Source: Amoebophrya sp. A120 | Taxonomy: Eukaryota; Protista; Dinoflagellata | NCBI GenBank assembly: GCA_905178155.1 | Contig: CAJINV010000005.1 | Span: 8,409,591-8,473,590 of the forward strand | Reading direction: 5' to 3' | Length of the DNA: 64,000 nt | Shown: piece by piece, positions 51,835-64,000 of the stretch | Numbering within the stretch: position 1 is the first letter of the stretch | Layout: every line of letters starts with the position of its first letter | The notes under the pieces: model-generated | What the model was told of the DNA's origin: nothing | Seen by the model: the letters and a program-made list of their open reading frames with translations, nothing else | Databases searched by the model: none | Translations under genes and position numbers: made by a program

Positions 51835-54800
51835 ATGCAGCCCCACCGCTATAGCATCCATGACAACAACCTGCAATCCCAGCCGGGCACCCGCACCAGC
51901 TCCCCACCACCTCGGGTCGCTGCACCGCCGTCCCCGTCTACGGTTTTGAATCAAGTGACAAATGGCACCTACTTCCACGCGCCGCACCTATCGGGACTTA
52001 GCGGGGGATACCAAATGCAAAAATGTCTGGGTCTGGAAGGATGCGAGATTTGTAATGGTTGTGTGGCATGACAAGAAAGTTTGTGATGCGTGTCCAAGAA
52101 GAGACCCTTTTGCCTGATATGCAAAAACGCAGTTTCTCATGCGAAAAACGCAACACAAAGAAGCGCAGACATTTCTCATGCTTGGCTGTGCATTACAGAG
52201 CATTCACTATTCCCAACACAGCATTACAAGTTTCCAGACCCAGACACTTTTGCACTTGATAGGGGGAAGTCGCAGCCAACCAGCCCGGCGGGTTCGTTCT
52301 CCAGTTTGTCGCCGAAACGGCGAGGAGCTGTTGCTGGGAACAGCCTCCAAAATGCAGCAGCAGCCCCTGCCTCCAGTGGCGGAACTACTGTTGCACCGAA
52401 GCACCAGCAACCAATCGAGCATGTGATGGCGAATATACGGAAGTTATCGGAAGAGGACTGCAAGAAGTTTTTCCATAATCCGGGCGTTAGTAACGTTTCC
52501 CGTGTGACGATGAAGGGAGAAAATCTTGCACCCCACCTACCAGCAGATCCGTTGGAGAAAACACCTCCCTTCGCCAACAAGCCGCACGCAAGCATCCGCT
52601 TCAACCAGGAGCCGTTTTGTTTACCGGAGGAACTGAACAGCGTGAAAAAGTTAATTGAAGAAGAGAATAATTACTACCACGAACCGACAGTAGAAGAGAG
52701 GTTGGAGGAAGAACTGTTGAAACAACAAGTGCCTGAAAATCAGCAATTTGCGGAATCCGCGAACATCCGGGAAACGATTTCCCCCTCCATCTCCCCGAAA
52801 AACGGTAGACGGAAACAAAAATTGTACAGTCGCGACTTGACGCTCGACGCTAATGCCGCCGCGAAAGCGGCGCCGATCGGGCTTTTGGACGAGAACAGTG
52901 ATGAGAAAAACCACCCTTTTCTGATGAATTACGAAAAAGTGTCGGCTTTTAAGAACTGGAATTTGAAATTCCACAAAACCGGGATCGACACGGTGGTTGC
53001 AGGTGGCGCAGGAGCGAGTCCTTTGGACAATAAATCACCTGCTTCGTCCCGGGCCGGTCTTATGCAGAGGCCAGCCACTTCCGGCAGTTCTTCTTCTTTC
53101 CCGGGTGGACCAGCGTCGTCCCACCCGTCTAGCCCCGCGAAATCCCCCCTGGACCTTGATTTGTTCCAGGAACAGGCAAAGCGGGCGGACAAGTTTTTGC
53201 AGAACATGAAGAGGAAACAGTTCATGGACAGTGGTGCTGCGGCTCTACCGACTGACCAACAGATGATCTCAGCGACAGCAAAGGAGTGGGTTCCTAGGGA
53301 TGAGGAGACCGGAATTGCGACCAACCCGGCGTTTATTTCCGCCGATGAGGTTCTGTTCGTTTCGCCGATCACCCGGCAATACAAAACGAACAAAGGCGCG
53401 TCGACGAACAAAGGTGATTCAAATTCCCCAATCATGGACCGGCTGCACTTCTTGCAGAAATCGCCACCGAACAAGCACAAGATCGGGTACAAATATTTCG
53501 CGTCAGGCGGGTTTCCGAAGTCGAAAGAGCAGTTGGAATCGGATTTGTTATCCAAAGCGGAGGAGGAGGGGCTAAGCCCAAAAGCGGTGAAAAACCGGGA
53601 ATTCACGGACCAGCAGTTGGAGCGAAACGCATTCCAAGCCCGGATGAAAGATGAATTGAATCCGGCGTTGGATAGCGAAAAATTCAAGCGGGACACGGAG
53701 ATGAGTCGGCAAGCAGCCAGAGCTTACGTGAATTTACGGATTCAGCGGTATTTGAAAGGCCCGAATGCCGCGGTGAGTAGCAATTTGAAAAATAACGTAG
53801 TTCCAGGAAGGGCTTCCAGTCCAGAGGAGGCAGCTGCAAGAGAGAAGTCGTTGCTCGTGAATGCGGATGAGATTGACAAGTGGTTTCCGGAGCAGCTGGC
53901 ACGTTGTGTGAAAGAAAACCGACCGTTGTTCCAACCGATCCACTCCGCGCCTGTTCCACCCAAGGCGATCAAGAGCCCATCGAGCAGTACTGCGAAAACG
54001 AAGAACCCCGCGGCCTTGTTGACAATTGGGGCAGGAAAGAAGAAAGCAGGTGCTAATGCGACGAGTCCCGGAGGTGCAAGTGTAAGTGCCGGTGGAGCTG
54101 CTCAGGCGGGTTCTGCTGCTGCGAATCCCGACGGAACAGGTGCAGACAAGGAAGCTGCCGCTCCGACGATGCAGGCGGAGCCGCTAGTTTCTGACGGGTG
54201 GTCTTTGGATTCCGAAGACCCACTATTAGAAGAGAAAACGGCACAACACGTGCAACGAGTTTTGCTGAAATTCGTCGAATTGGTAGAAATATCCCGTGCA
54301 AAAGTATCGTCTACTGATTGCATTTGTGCATTACAAATCTCTTTCCCATGGTAAATCAGCATTGCAAACTTGATTTGTAATGCTGGGCTAATTTGTATTA
54401 TGCAGTTCATACTAGAACTAGTACGAATACGATGCTTTTGCAGTGCATAAGAAAATGACGAAGAAGAATACGAGCGGCGGGAGGAAGAAAGGAAAAGAAT
54501 CGAGAAGGAAAAGCAAGCGGCTTTAAACCCCTTCGGCGACATCGGCAGGCCAAGCACGGTCTCCTCCACCTCAACTACCTCTGCTTCTGGGTTCGGCTCG
54601 CGCCCGGGCAGTCGGGGGGCGGTGGGTTCTGGGAAGAATGATAAGAAGAAAAAGCAACTCCTCCCGTGGCAGAAAAAGGAGAAAGACGAGCCGGAGGAGA
54701 GGCCGGGAGACGAGAAAACTGTCACCCGTGCGGTGTTCTGTCGGTTCTTACTGTCAACCCGGATCGTCTTGGATGTCGATGACTGGCCGAACTTCCCTTC

Positions 54801-57800
54801 AAAACGGTCGGTCAAAGTCCTACCGAAGGGGTACGTTTTGGATGTGGACCGAGAGCTGGAAAAACGCGCATTGGTGGTCGAAGCATCAAAACTCCAGTCC
54901 CCCGCGGGAAATCGGAAATCTCCGCGGTCGCAATCCCCGCAACAACTGGAGAAGAAGCGGATAGAGCAGCAAATGTTGAACTCGATCATGTACTTGCAAA
55001 GCACCGAGCTAGTCCCCGGCTTTCTGCAGAAAGACCCAATCCACTCAAGTAGCGGCGGAGGTCCTGGGCAGAACAATAACCCAAATCAACAGCAACTCTA
55101 CCGAGTGAACTTACCGCCGGCGGATAAGATCCACCACGACAAACTTGGGCAAGACCGGTTTTTTGAAACTTCTATTCCGGAGCTGATCTGCCAAAAGGGG
55201 TTGAAGTATTTGGACTTGGTCCTGCGGTTCGACTATGCAATGCAAAAGTTATCGTACTAGTATGAACCAGCCATGCTCCGGCTGCCGCCGGAGCGCAAGG
55301 CTGTTGGGCCGGGGCAAGACTGTTTGCCGATAGGACCACAACCCCGCGGGCCTATGCACAACGAAACACATTGCGCCGCGCCAACCCGCAGGACCACTTG
55401 CGCGCTTCCCGCGCCTGTGGGCGCTCTGCGCAGGGAGCAGCTGCAAAGACCACCGGGGGCGAACAGAAGCCGCCCGGCGGGAGAGGGTAGCGCGAGAGGG
55501 TGGCGCGAGAGGGTGGCGCGGAAAGGCGCCGAACAAAACAGCTCCGCGAATGGCCTGCAGTGCCAAATATGGGTAGCGCCATGCGGATTCGCGCCCGCTT
55601 CTTTGTGTTTTACCCTCTCGCAGACCTCTCGCAGACCCTCTTTTTGACCTCTTTTGGGGGTCCCCGCTAATAATCCGGCTATACTCGCGGGTAGAGGTCG
55701 ACAGAGGTGGCCGAGAGGTGGCCAAGAGGGTCCGCGAGAGGTCGCCCCTTATTCGCGCCACCTCTCGCCACCTCTGTCGAACTCTCGCGCCCCCTCTTTT
55801 TGACCTCTCTGCACCCTCTGAGGCACTTAGGCGCCGCCTTAAGGTGGGTCCTTCGGCGGGCTATACTCGCGCACCCTCTCGCCGACCCTCTCGAAAGGGG
55901 TCCCGCGCCACCTCTCCACCTCTGTCGACCTCTTTTTTACCTCTTTTGACCTCTTTTTGACCTCTCGGCCACCTCTTGTTTACCCTCTGTCTACCTCTTT
56001 TTTCGCATGAATATAATATACAGTAATTGCATGACAAATTTTTCCTAGAAGAGAAATGAAACTTGTCATGCAGTTTCAGGTAAGAAAGCAGATCTGTAAT
56101 GCTAGACTCGCATTAATACGAGTACGATACTTTTGCAATGCATATCGACGAAAAGTGCAAAGAGCTTGCGACCACCGCGAAGCTACCAAACGCATCAAAC
56201 GCGGATACCATGACGGTGAGGCAGTGTACCGATTGGTTTGAGCGGATTCTGCTTGCCTGGGTCGTGACGAACAGGCTGAGGAATGAGGAAATCGCTTTTA
56301 AAGCGGAACTGATCGAGCAAGCACAAGCGGAGAAAGCTGGTTCGCCCGGGTCGCAGAATCCGAACGGTCCGGGTTTGAATAGACCTTCCAATACCCCGGC
56401 TGGACAGAACCCGAACGAGGCGGATGTGAAGCGGATTGTGAAGTACAAAACGGAATTGAGGCAGTTTTTGGACATCATGCTCCCCGCCGCGGAGTTGGTC
56501 GCAGAACAGAGGCGGGAGCGGTTAGTCTGCTTGCAGAAGAAGATCCTCCATTGTTTCAAGCAGGAGCGACCGCGTATCATGCCGAAAGGGGTGTTGAAAG
56601 AGGAATTAGAGCCGGAGATGGATACTTTGTCCCATTTGAACGCACAAACAAGCTTTTTCGCCCTACCGAAGTCAATGAAGGGGACGATGTCAAATGGGGA
56701 GTTCCAGCGGCATCTGCGGAATATGCATTGCACGTATGTCTGGGTCTGGACAGCTTGAACCTGTATTGCGCGTTTCGCATGCCATTAAAATCTGTATTGC
56801 ATAAGCAGCAAAAGCGCCACACTGTCGTCATGCAAAGTCGCAACTTGTAATGCGTGCTGCGTATGAGCAAGCGAGAGCGAGGAGTGAAAAATTTGTCATG
56901 CTTCACTGCAATTAATATTAAAGTAGGCGCGCTCAATCATGACCATCCAGCATTACAAGTTTCCAGACCCAGACATGTTTGCAATGCATACGGAAGTTGT
57001 GCGAGGAGAGGAAATTTTCCGACAAGGACACCCAGGCGATTCTGGCGAAAACGGTTATGGATTGCAAAAATGTCTGGGTCTGGAAGATTGCAAGGTTTGT
57101 CATGCACATTTTGCATGACCCGCGATGTCTGCGATGTATGCCCCAGCATCACAAATTTTTTGCGGGTATCTTGATGCCTATCCCTCATGACAAATGCCCT
57201 CTCCGCGGAGCAAAAACTGGACGCCTCTTGCTGCTCATGCAATACAGATTTTTTTAGATTCCAAAAATAGCATCACGAGTTGCATTCTCGCAGACCCAGA
57301 CATTTTTGCAATCCATAACAGTTGCGGTGTTACAATCAGAAAGGTTCAGCAACGAGTTATTGGAGCCGGAGGCGTTGGTTTTGTCGAAGTTCCTGCACGA
57401 GAAGTACTTTTTACCTTTGTTCGTATCAAATGCAAATATGTCTGGGTCCTCTGGAAGGTCGCAACTTGGGATGCTATCTTTGGACTCTGAAAAGATCTGT
57501 ATTGCATGACCAGCAAGATGAGGAGTAGGCTGTGTGCTACGTGGAGAGGGCAATTGTCATGCAGTGCAGGCATCAGGAAGCCCTCAAAAAGTCTGTGATG
57601 CTAGGGCGTACGTCACAGACATCATGGGTCATGCAAAACGTGCATGACAAACAGGCGCACTCTTCCAGACCCACACGCATTTGCAATGCATAGTTCGCCT
57701 ACTTTTACGATTTCGGAAAGGAACTAAACCCGAATTACGTCGATCCGATGCTACAACTGCTACCGGGGGAGAATTCGGAAATGTTTCCGGAAGCAGGAGG

Positions 57801-60800
57801 ACCGGGTGGGGTTGCTGCACTTGGCAGTCTCGATTCTCCAATGCCAAGCACGATGTTCGCGAGCAGATCGACGGTTTTCTCCTCCAGTTCAGCGGTTTCT
57901 AATAACAAACAGAAGTTGTTGAAGCAGAAGCAAGCGAACTCGAACCCTTTCATCGAGCGCGACCCAGACGACGAGATTATCCCACCAAGCCCCCGCGGTG
58001 GAGGAACGAAAGTTGGGGGGAAGAAGACGAAGTCGAAAGAAGCGGGTACTAGTGGTGCTGCGGCGGTTGAACAACAGCAGCAGCAATCCCCTGCGAATCA
58101 CAACCAGTCGATTGATTCGTTGCACTCCACCAGTCAAAAATCGTCCTCCTCTTCTAACGGGACCACCAACACCGCCCAGCTCGCGAAACTCGTTGCCACC
58201 GGGCCGCAGCCGCAGTATTCCAGATATCACAGTGCACAACTCCCCCGCCCCCTCATTTGTATGGTATGAACAGCAACACAAGCAACAGCACAAAAGGGGC
58301 TTTCGCATGACAAATCAGCATGCAAATTGTAGTACTATTTGAGGTTCCAAAATTTATCATGCTGACAGTGCTTACGAGTAAGGTGTGAGTTTCGTACTAT
58401 GCATTACAAATGAGGGGGAGGGGGAGCTGTGCAGTTTCATACCAGAACGACCGAGCACATGAGCGAGAAGGCGTTTTTGCATTTACTGGACGAATATCAA
58501 ATGCAAAAATGTCTGGGTCTGGAAGATTTTGCGAGTTGTCATGCTTGTCTGGCATGACCAAAAAGTTTGTGATGCGTGTCCAAGAAGAGACCCTTTCGCC
58601 TGTCATGCAAAAACGCAATTTGTCATGCGAAAAGCGCAACACAAAGAAGCGCAGATATTTCTCATGCTCGCCTGTGCATTACAAACCGTTCACTTTTCCC
58701 AACGCAGCATTACAAGTTTCCAGACCCAGACATTTTTGCATTTCATAATGAATTGAATCTGATCCCGACGATCTGTGGGAAGGAAGATGCCCGGTTGTTG
58801 TACCACTGTGCGGAAGCGCAGCTGGTCTCGGAGAAGGATTTTTTCAGGTCCTGCGCGATCGAGGATTTCCGGGACCACTTAGACCGGCCGTGTAACGCAA
58901 GTCTTTACATGACGTGCTACGATCCGAAGTTGTTGCGGTACAAGAAACCCATGAATAGTTCCAGCTCTTCTGGGGGCGGTGGTAATGCCGCGGGAAACAA
59001 AGGTGCACGTGGAGGTGGAGCGAACAGTAGTAGCGCAATTTCTCTGCTGAACCAGTCTGCGTTTGAGACCAACATCGGGCAAATTCCCACGTCCATGTCA
59101 ACGGTGGAGAGTGTGAATTTAGCTCTTATCAAATGCAAAAATGTCTGGGTCTGGAACTTTGCTCGACTTGTCATGCAGGTTTTCAATGACCCATATCATA
59201 TGATCTGTAATGGAGACCTAGCATGACAGGTTCCGTGAGATCACTATCAGGCCTATCCTGCATGAGAAACTGCCTCTCAACTTGATCAAAAGTGGGCAGC
59301 ATTTGGTAATCATGCAACACAGATTTTTGCGTGATTCAGATTTAGCATGACAAGTTGGCTCCAACCATCCAGACCCAGACACTTTTGCAGTGCATAGCTC
59401 TGGGCTTGCAGCAACTGCAGGAAGAACACGAGGAGTTGGCTGCTGGGGAACAAGCTGCTGCAGCGGCCGGTTCGCCGGGTGTACAAGGAACTGCTGCTGC
59501 TGCACAACTCGCTTCCCCCTTCACCAATCTTGCCGCCGCGATCAGCGGCACTTTACCTCCCCAACCCCCCGGCCCGGGGAACGCAGAGAAAATCGAACTG
59601 CTGCAGAACAGTTTCAACAACCCGGGGCTGAAAGAACCGTCCACACAAGTAGCGATTTCCCAGCAGGACCTGGAACTGTTCCAGAACTACTTCAAGCTAT
59701 TATGCGTGGAAAACCAACCGATCAGGAAACTGATCCGTCGCGGGTACCCCTTACCGCGGTACTATTTCAACGCCGAGGCCTTGACGGAAACTTTTTTGAA
59801 AATGGTTTTAACCCGGTTTGCGAAGTTCGAGAGTAGCAACGGGTTCCCCCGGAAGAGTGCTTTGTTAGCTGCTGCTGCGGCGGAAGAGAGTAGCAAAGCT
59901 GGTGGTGCTGGAGGGTCGCAGAGCGAGACGCCTGGGGGAGTGAATAAACAAGCCGGTACAACTTCATCTACGTCTACTTCATCTTCTGAAAAACCATCGA
60001 CTTTTCTGAAGATCACGTGGGCTTTTGGAATCGTGAAGAAGGCGATGGTATCAAATGCAAAAATGTCTGGGTCTGGAAGAATGCCAACTTGTGATGCGCA
60101 TTTCAGAACACAGAAAAATCTCTCATGCATGGGTAGCAAGCGCTGCCCGCTTTCTGCACCCAAAGTGGGGGATTTGTCATGCGGATTCGGCATTGCAGAA
60201 GCTTCTCGAAACCTGTAACGCTAGAGCTTCGATGCCAGACCTTCTGTGTCATGCAAAAACAGCATGACTCTTCCAGACCCAGACGTTTTTACATTTGATA
60301 GATGGCGAAAATTTTCGAGAACCAGCAGCGAATGAAAGAGGAGAAGCGGTTGCATATCCTAAAGGAAAAACGTCCCTGTCATGCAAATGTACAATGACAG
60401 GACCACGTGTAATGCGCATCCCCAGGAGAGGCATTTCCAATCGTTTTTTGGCAATTGTAATGCTGTAAACAGCATGAAAAAATCGTTTTCTCATGCGGCT
60501 TCCCTTGCTAACCAGCACAACACTGCAGATGAAAGCTTGTAATGCACAACTCCCAAAACTTCCAGATTTGTGTTGCAGATTTACCAACTTGACTATAGGG
60601 TGGGGACGTTTTTTCTCAGCATATCGCAGCACTTGAGGACTTCGAAAGCGTTGTTCGATAAAGCGACGACGATCGAGCTGGAGAAGGAATTCTCCCTGTT
60701 GAACAAGATTGAAGACCAGAAGCGGCACGATGAGGAGACGAGATTGTTGAAGAAAATTTCCTATGCAATGCAAAAGCATCGTACTAGTATAAATTGCATT

Positions 60801-62199
60801 ACAAATCAGCCCAGCATTGCAAAATTAATTTGTAATGCGGATTTACCTTGAGAAAGAGATTTGTAAATGCATATAATGCAATTACTACGAGTGCGATACT
60901 TTTGCACAGGATAGTTCCGTTGCGAACGTTTTGTCTGCGCAGGCCATTGCGGACCAGCGGGAGCTGCCGTCGGATTTGGAATATCGGTTGCAAAAGTATA
61001 TGTACTTCTAGTAGCGATTTTTGCATTACCAGCATGATGAAAGATGGAATTTGTGATGCTCATGAACCTAAGAGACGAACTCTGTCGTGCAAGATTGCGA
61101 ATATCAAGATTACTACGAGTGCGATACTTTTGCAATGCATGTGGGGCAGTCTGATTCCGAGGAGCTGATGAAGGCGACTTCGTCCAATGAGTTAATGAAG
61201 CTGCAAAAGGAGTTGAAAGAACGGCAGCGGACGAAGGAGAGGAGGAAAAGGTATACTTACTGTGCTACACCTTGTGGTTTGCGCATGACACAGACTCTCT
61301 GCTGTCAGCAGGGCGCATGACAAACTTCATGGTTATTTTCTGAGTTCTTCCAAACGCACCTTCTCGGTCGTCTCCGTGACAAATTTTTGAAGAAAAATTC
61401 TCACTATCACTATCAGTTGCAACATAATCCTCGAAACGGGCCGGCTAAACGTGGACAAGAACGAAAAGTCCGCTCTGGAATTCGCAATCGACTACGAGCA
61501 CTACTTACGGTCTTTGTTTCATTCAAACCCGAGCAACGAGCAAGGCAGCTTTTACTTCGATAGCGCGGCGGTCTTGCGATCGGCGAAGCGGGAGTACAAC
61601 CAGATGAGTAACCGGGGGATGATGCTTGTGGATAACAGCCAACCAGCTTCGCCGAGTAAACTTGAGCAGTTAGGGTTGGCCGGGTCGAAACCGCAGAAGG
61701 ACTACAAGGCGATGGACATTATCGAGCAAGAAGAAATCACGCATTCGGTCACTGATGCGGCGGTGAAATTTCGAAAAAACTCCAGCCGCACACCTTCGCC
61801 TCTGACACAGAACAAGTTTGGGACGAGAGGAGGGTATGATCATAGATGGTTGCTTGCTTTCGTTTTCGCTAGGTAGTAGATCTTCGCATGACAATGCTAC
61901 ACTAGATCAGCGTCTCGGGGGTCCCGTATGACAAACAGCGCACTAGTACAATGCACGTTTCCAATAAAACACCAACCGCAACCGTTCACAGCCCCCGCCG
62001 CGGCATCATGGGTAGTCGAAGCCGATCCCCGGATCCGGTGTCTGCGTTTGCCGATGCGAGAACCGTAGCGCAGGAAAAAACGAAGTTCGCGATTACCAAT
62101 TTGAACAGCAAGTTTCTGGCGAGCCACCCGTTGTACGGGGGATTGACAAGGGAGGATTGGGGCATTGTACCCGTGAAGGCGGAGGAGTCGCCTTATTGA
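51835..62199 (+). CDS. Large hypothetical protein, ~16 exons
   Basis: Continuous frame after removing 13 introners and the GT-AG introns 61251-61416 and 61834-61910 (e.g. LVE|NDEE, RFD|EKCK, LDE|LNLI). No recognisable domain. Confidence 0.75.
52009..52261. mobile_element. Introner family A
   Basis: Family A TIRs; TSD gggga/ggggg. Confidence 0.9.
54290..54449. mobile_element. Introner family E
   Basis: Family E TIRs; TSD agaaa. Confidence 0.9.
55234..56144. mobile_element. Introner family E, expanded by a ~750-bp GC-rich insertion
   Basis: Family E TIRs; TSD tcgac. The insert at ~55266-56010 has AGAGG/CCTCT repeats. Confidence 0.88.
56722..56990. mobile_element. Introner family A
   Basis: Family A TIRs; TSD cggaa. 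Confidence 0.92.
57056..57317. mobile_element. Introner family A
   Basis: Family A TIRs; TSD acggt/acagt. Confidence 0.92.
57424..57692. mobile_element. Introner family A
   Basis: Family A TIRs; TSD gttcg. Confidence 0.92.
58225..58441. mobile_element. Introner family B
   Basis: TIRs tatcacagtgcacaactccccc / gggggagctgtgcagtttcata; TSD ccaga. Confidence 0.9.
58495..58747. mobile_element. Introner family A
   Basis: Family A TIRs; TSD acgaa/atgaa; close relative of 52009-52261. Confidence 0.92.
59127..59396. mobile_element. Introner family A
   Basis: Family A TIRs; TSD gctct. Confidence 0.92.
60049..60300. mobile_element. Introner family A
   Basis: Family A TIRs; TSD gatgg. Confidence 0.92.
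60355..60623. mobile_element. Introner family C
   Basis: Family C-like TIRs; TSD ttgca/tcgca. Confidence 0.85.
60762..60913. mobile_element. Introner family E
   Basis: Family E TIRs; TSD tttcc/gttcc. Confidence 0.88.
60982..61141. mobile_element. Introner family E
   Basis: Family E TIRs; degenerate TSD tggaa/tgggg; removal restores the frame. Confidence 0.8.
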
Positions 62200-63497
62200 A
62201 GTGGGAGTGAACAACGAACACATGGACATGTTAATGCGGCAACATGTCAGTACTTCTATGCATCGTCACAGACGGCTCTCTTACGGAAACGTGTAAGTAT
62301 GTCTTGTTGAATTTACGATAAGATTTTTCTTCAATTGTTTTTCTCGCATACTAACGAACACAAGCAGATTTTCGATAATTTCCTCTAGAAACACGTATGA
62401 ACCTTTCCGAGAAATCATTAATAGCACGACTTCGATTTTTCTTTGTATGCGAATGTGAATGCGATCACAATCTTCAGGTCGGTCGTTGGTATCTTTTAGC
62501 GTGGTGTAATCTTCTTTTTGTTAATTTTTTGGAGATTCTGCTGGTTGAGCCCGATGAACATGATTTTATTGCTAACTATCATGCAAAATTTTTGTATGAG
62601 CGCGACGTCCTAAGATCGCAATAAAGTGGTTTTCTTTTTTGAGTTACAAGCAATATTGGCGCATTGTGCCGAGTTCTTGCCATCAATCTGTTTATTACTA
62701 TTGTGCATAGTTTTTTATCACGGTGGTCTAAACTGCTTTCTGTTTAACTTTCTGATTCTATTTTAGGCGGAGTTTCATCTATAGCAGCTGCAGCACTTAT
62801 TGAGGTCGTTTCTGCATGATATCCTTCTTGCTTTGTTTCATTCAAACTGTACACAATTTGTTTCAAGAGTTGGATGCTGTACATTATACCAAGTTCGTTT
62901 CCATTTATGTCAACGATCACTCTCATTGTCAACTTTCATCTCCCGCCATCTTACCACACGAGGAGAGGCCTATCCGTAATAATTGCCATTCGTCCACTTT
63001 TCGTCGTCGTATGAGGCTTGAGGGGAACAAGAATGCGGCGCAGCGAGAATTCCTAGCGTCATTCAGTTCGATCAGAGAAAACTTGAGCGGTACGGCTGGT
63101 GGAACAATTGGACGAGCTCAAAGTCATAGAAATCATTTTCTCGAGAGCGATCAGCGTTGCAGCAGCAATTGCAACGAGAGCCCACGACCGTGCCTACGTT
63201 AAGACCTTTGCAAGAGGTTGCAGCATTTGATGTGAACAATCGTGCCTCTGGACGACTGCAAGTGATTCAAGCACAAGATCACTCTTCCTCATTGAGATTT
63301 TTGTGAAAATGGTCGTACATTCAATGTCCCTCGTGTACCCCGCGCCGCAATTGTTCCGACGGTGGCAGACGGACATGGAATTGTTCATCCGAGCATCGCG
63401 TGTAGCCGGAGTTAGGGCACCTCCTGCTTTCCTCCGTCTTTTCGCAAGGAAAAGTTGCAGTTTCACATCTAAAGCGAAGGCCAGCCGCGGCCCGAAG

Positions 63498-63966
63498 ATG
63501 CTGCGCCAGGACCACTACCTCCGTCTCTTCGTGTTTCTGACGATTTTTGTTCTCGTAGTCGCGGCCGTGATCAACACCGACTTGCTCCACGACCACCACT
63601 TTGCGCAGCCAGTCTTCGCAATCGAACAGAAATCCATGCAGCAAGCTTCCCTGGTGCAGTCCCAGAATACCAAACATCTCCGCACAGAAAGAACAGGACA
63701 AGGCACGAGGTCTGCAACATCAGCAGCGTCGAATAGTAAAGCGCGAAGTACCATTTCCTCCGACGCTAGTACAGCAACATCCGCGTCGATGTTGGAACAA
63801 GACGCTGCAGCTACAGGAACATCAACCACAGCACAACAAGATGAAGACGTCACCCAACTTGTCGGCCAAGACCGGCCGGAGGACGAGGATTCCGGGAAGG
63901 AAATTATTTCCGGGCAACGGACTTACGAGCGGGAGAACACACCGACTTACGAGCCGAGCAGCATCC
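63498..63966 (+). CDS. 5' exon of a secreted or type II membrane protein (runs off the window)
   Basis: MLRQDHYLRLFVFLTIFVLVVAAVIN..., open until the introner at 63967. Confidence 0.6.
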
Positions 63967-64000
63967 TATGCATTGCAAATGTGTCTGGGTCGGGAAGAGT
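63967..64000. mobile_element. Introner family A, partial (left end only)
   Basis: tatgcattgcaaatgtgtctgggtcgggaag. Confidence 0.8.

Overview
This is eukaryotic, gene-dense DNA with all recognisable genes on the + strand. Its architecture best matches Syndiniales dinoflagellate parasites such as Amoebophrya (inferred; no marker gene is present). About 55 MITE-like 'introner' elements from roughly 10 families interrupt the coding regions. Most are 145-320 bp, start TAT and end ATA, and carry terminal inverted repeats (TIRs) plus a 5-bp target-site duplication (TSD). Removing an element and one TSD copy restores the reading frame in nearly every case. The reconstructed genes are two tandem GH128-like (Glyco_hydro_cc) glycoside hydrolases, a PDE6D/PDE-delta homologue, a DUF2256 zinc-finger fusion, a SAM-methyltransferase-like protein, an NFKBIL1-like HPD protein and several hypothetical proteins. 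Five introners carry nested insertions of 0.7-7 kb while the host frames stay intact. These are a 7-kb mosaic of captured genomic DNA with a 17-bp duplication, a long-TIR element holding a 114-bp satellite, two LINE-like 3' fragments (one with an AP2-like domain) and a GC-rich insert. All introner families share a repeated internal TGTNATGC/GCATNACA motif, occur in both orientations, and are absent from intergenic DNA. All coordinates were read by eye.
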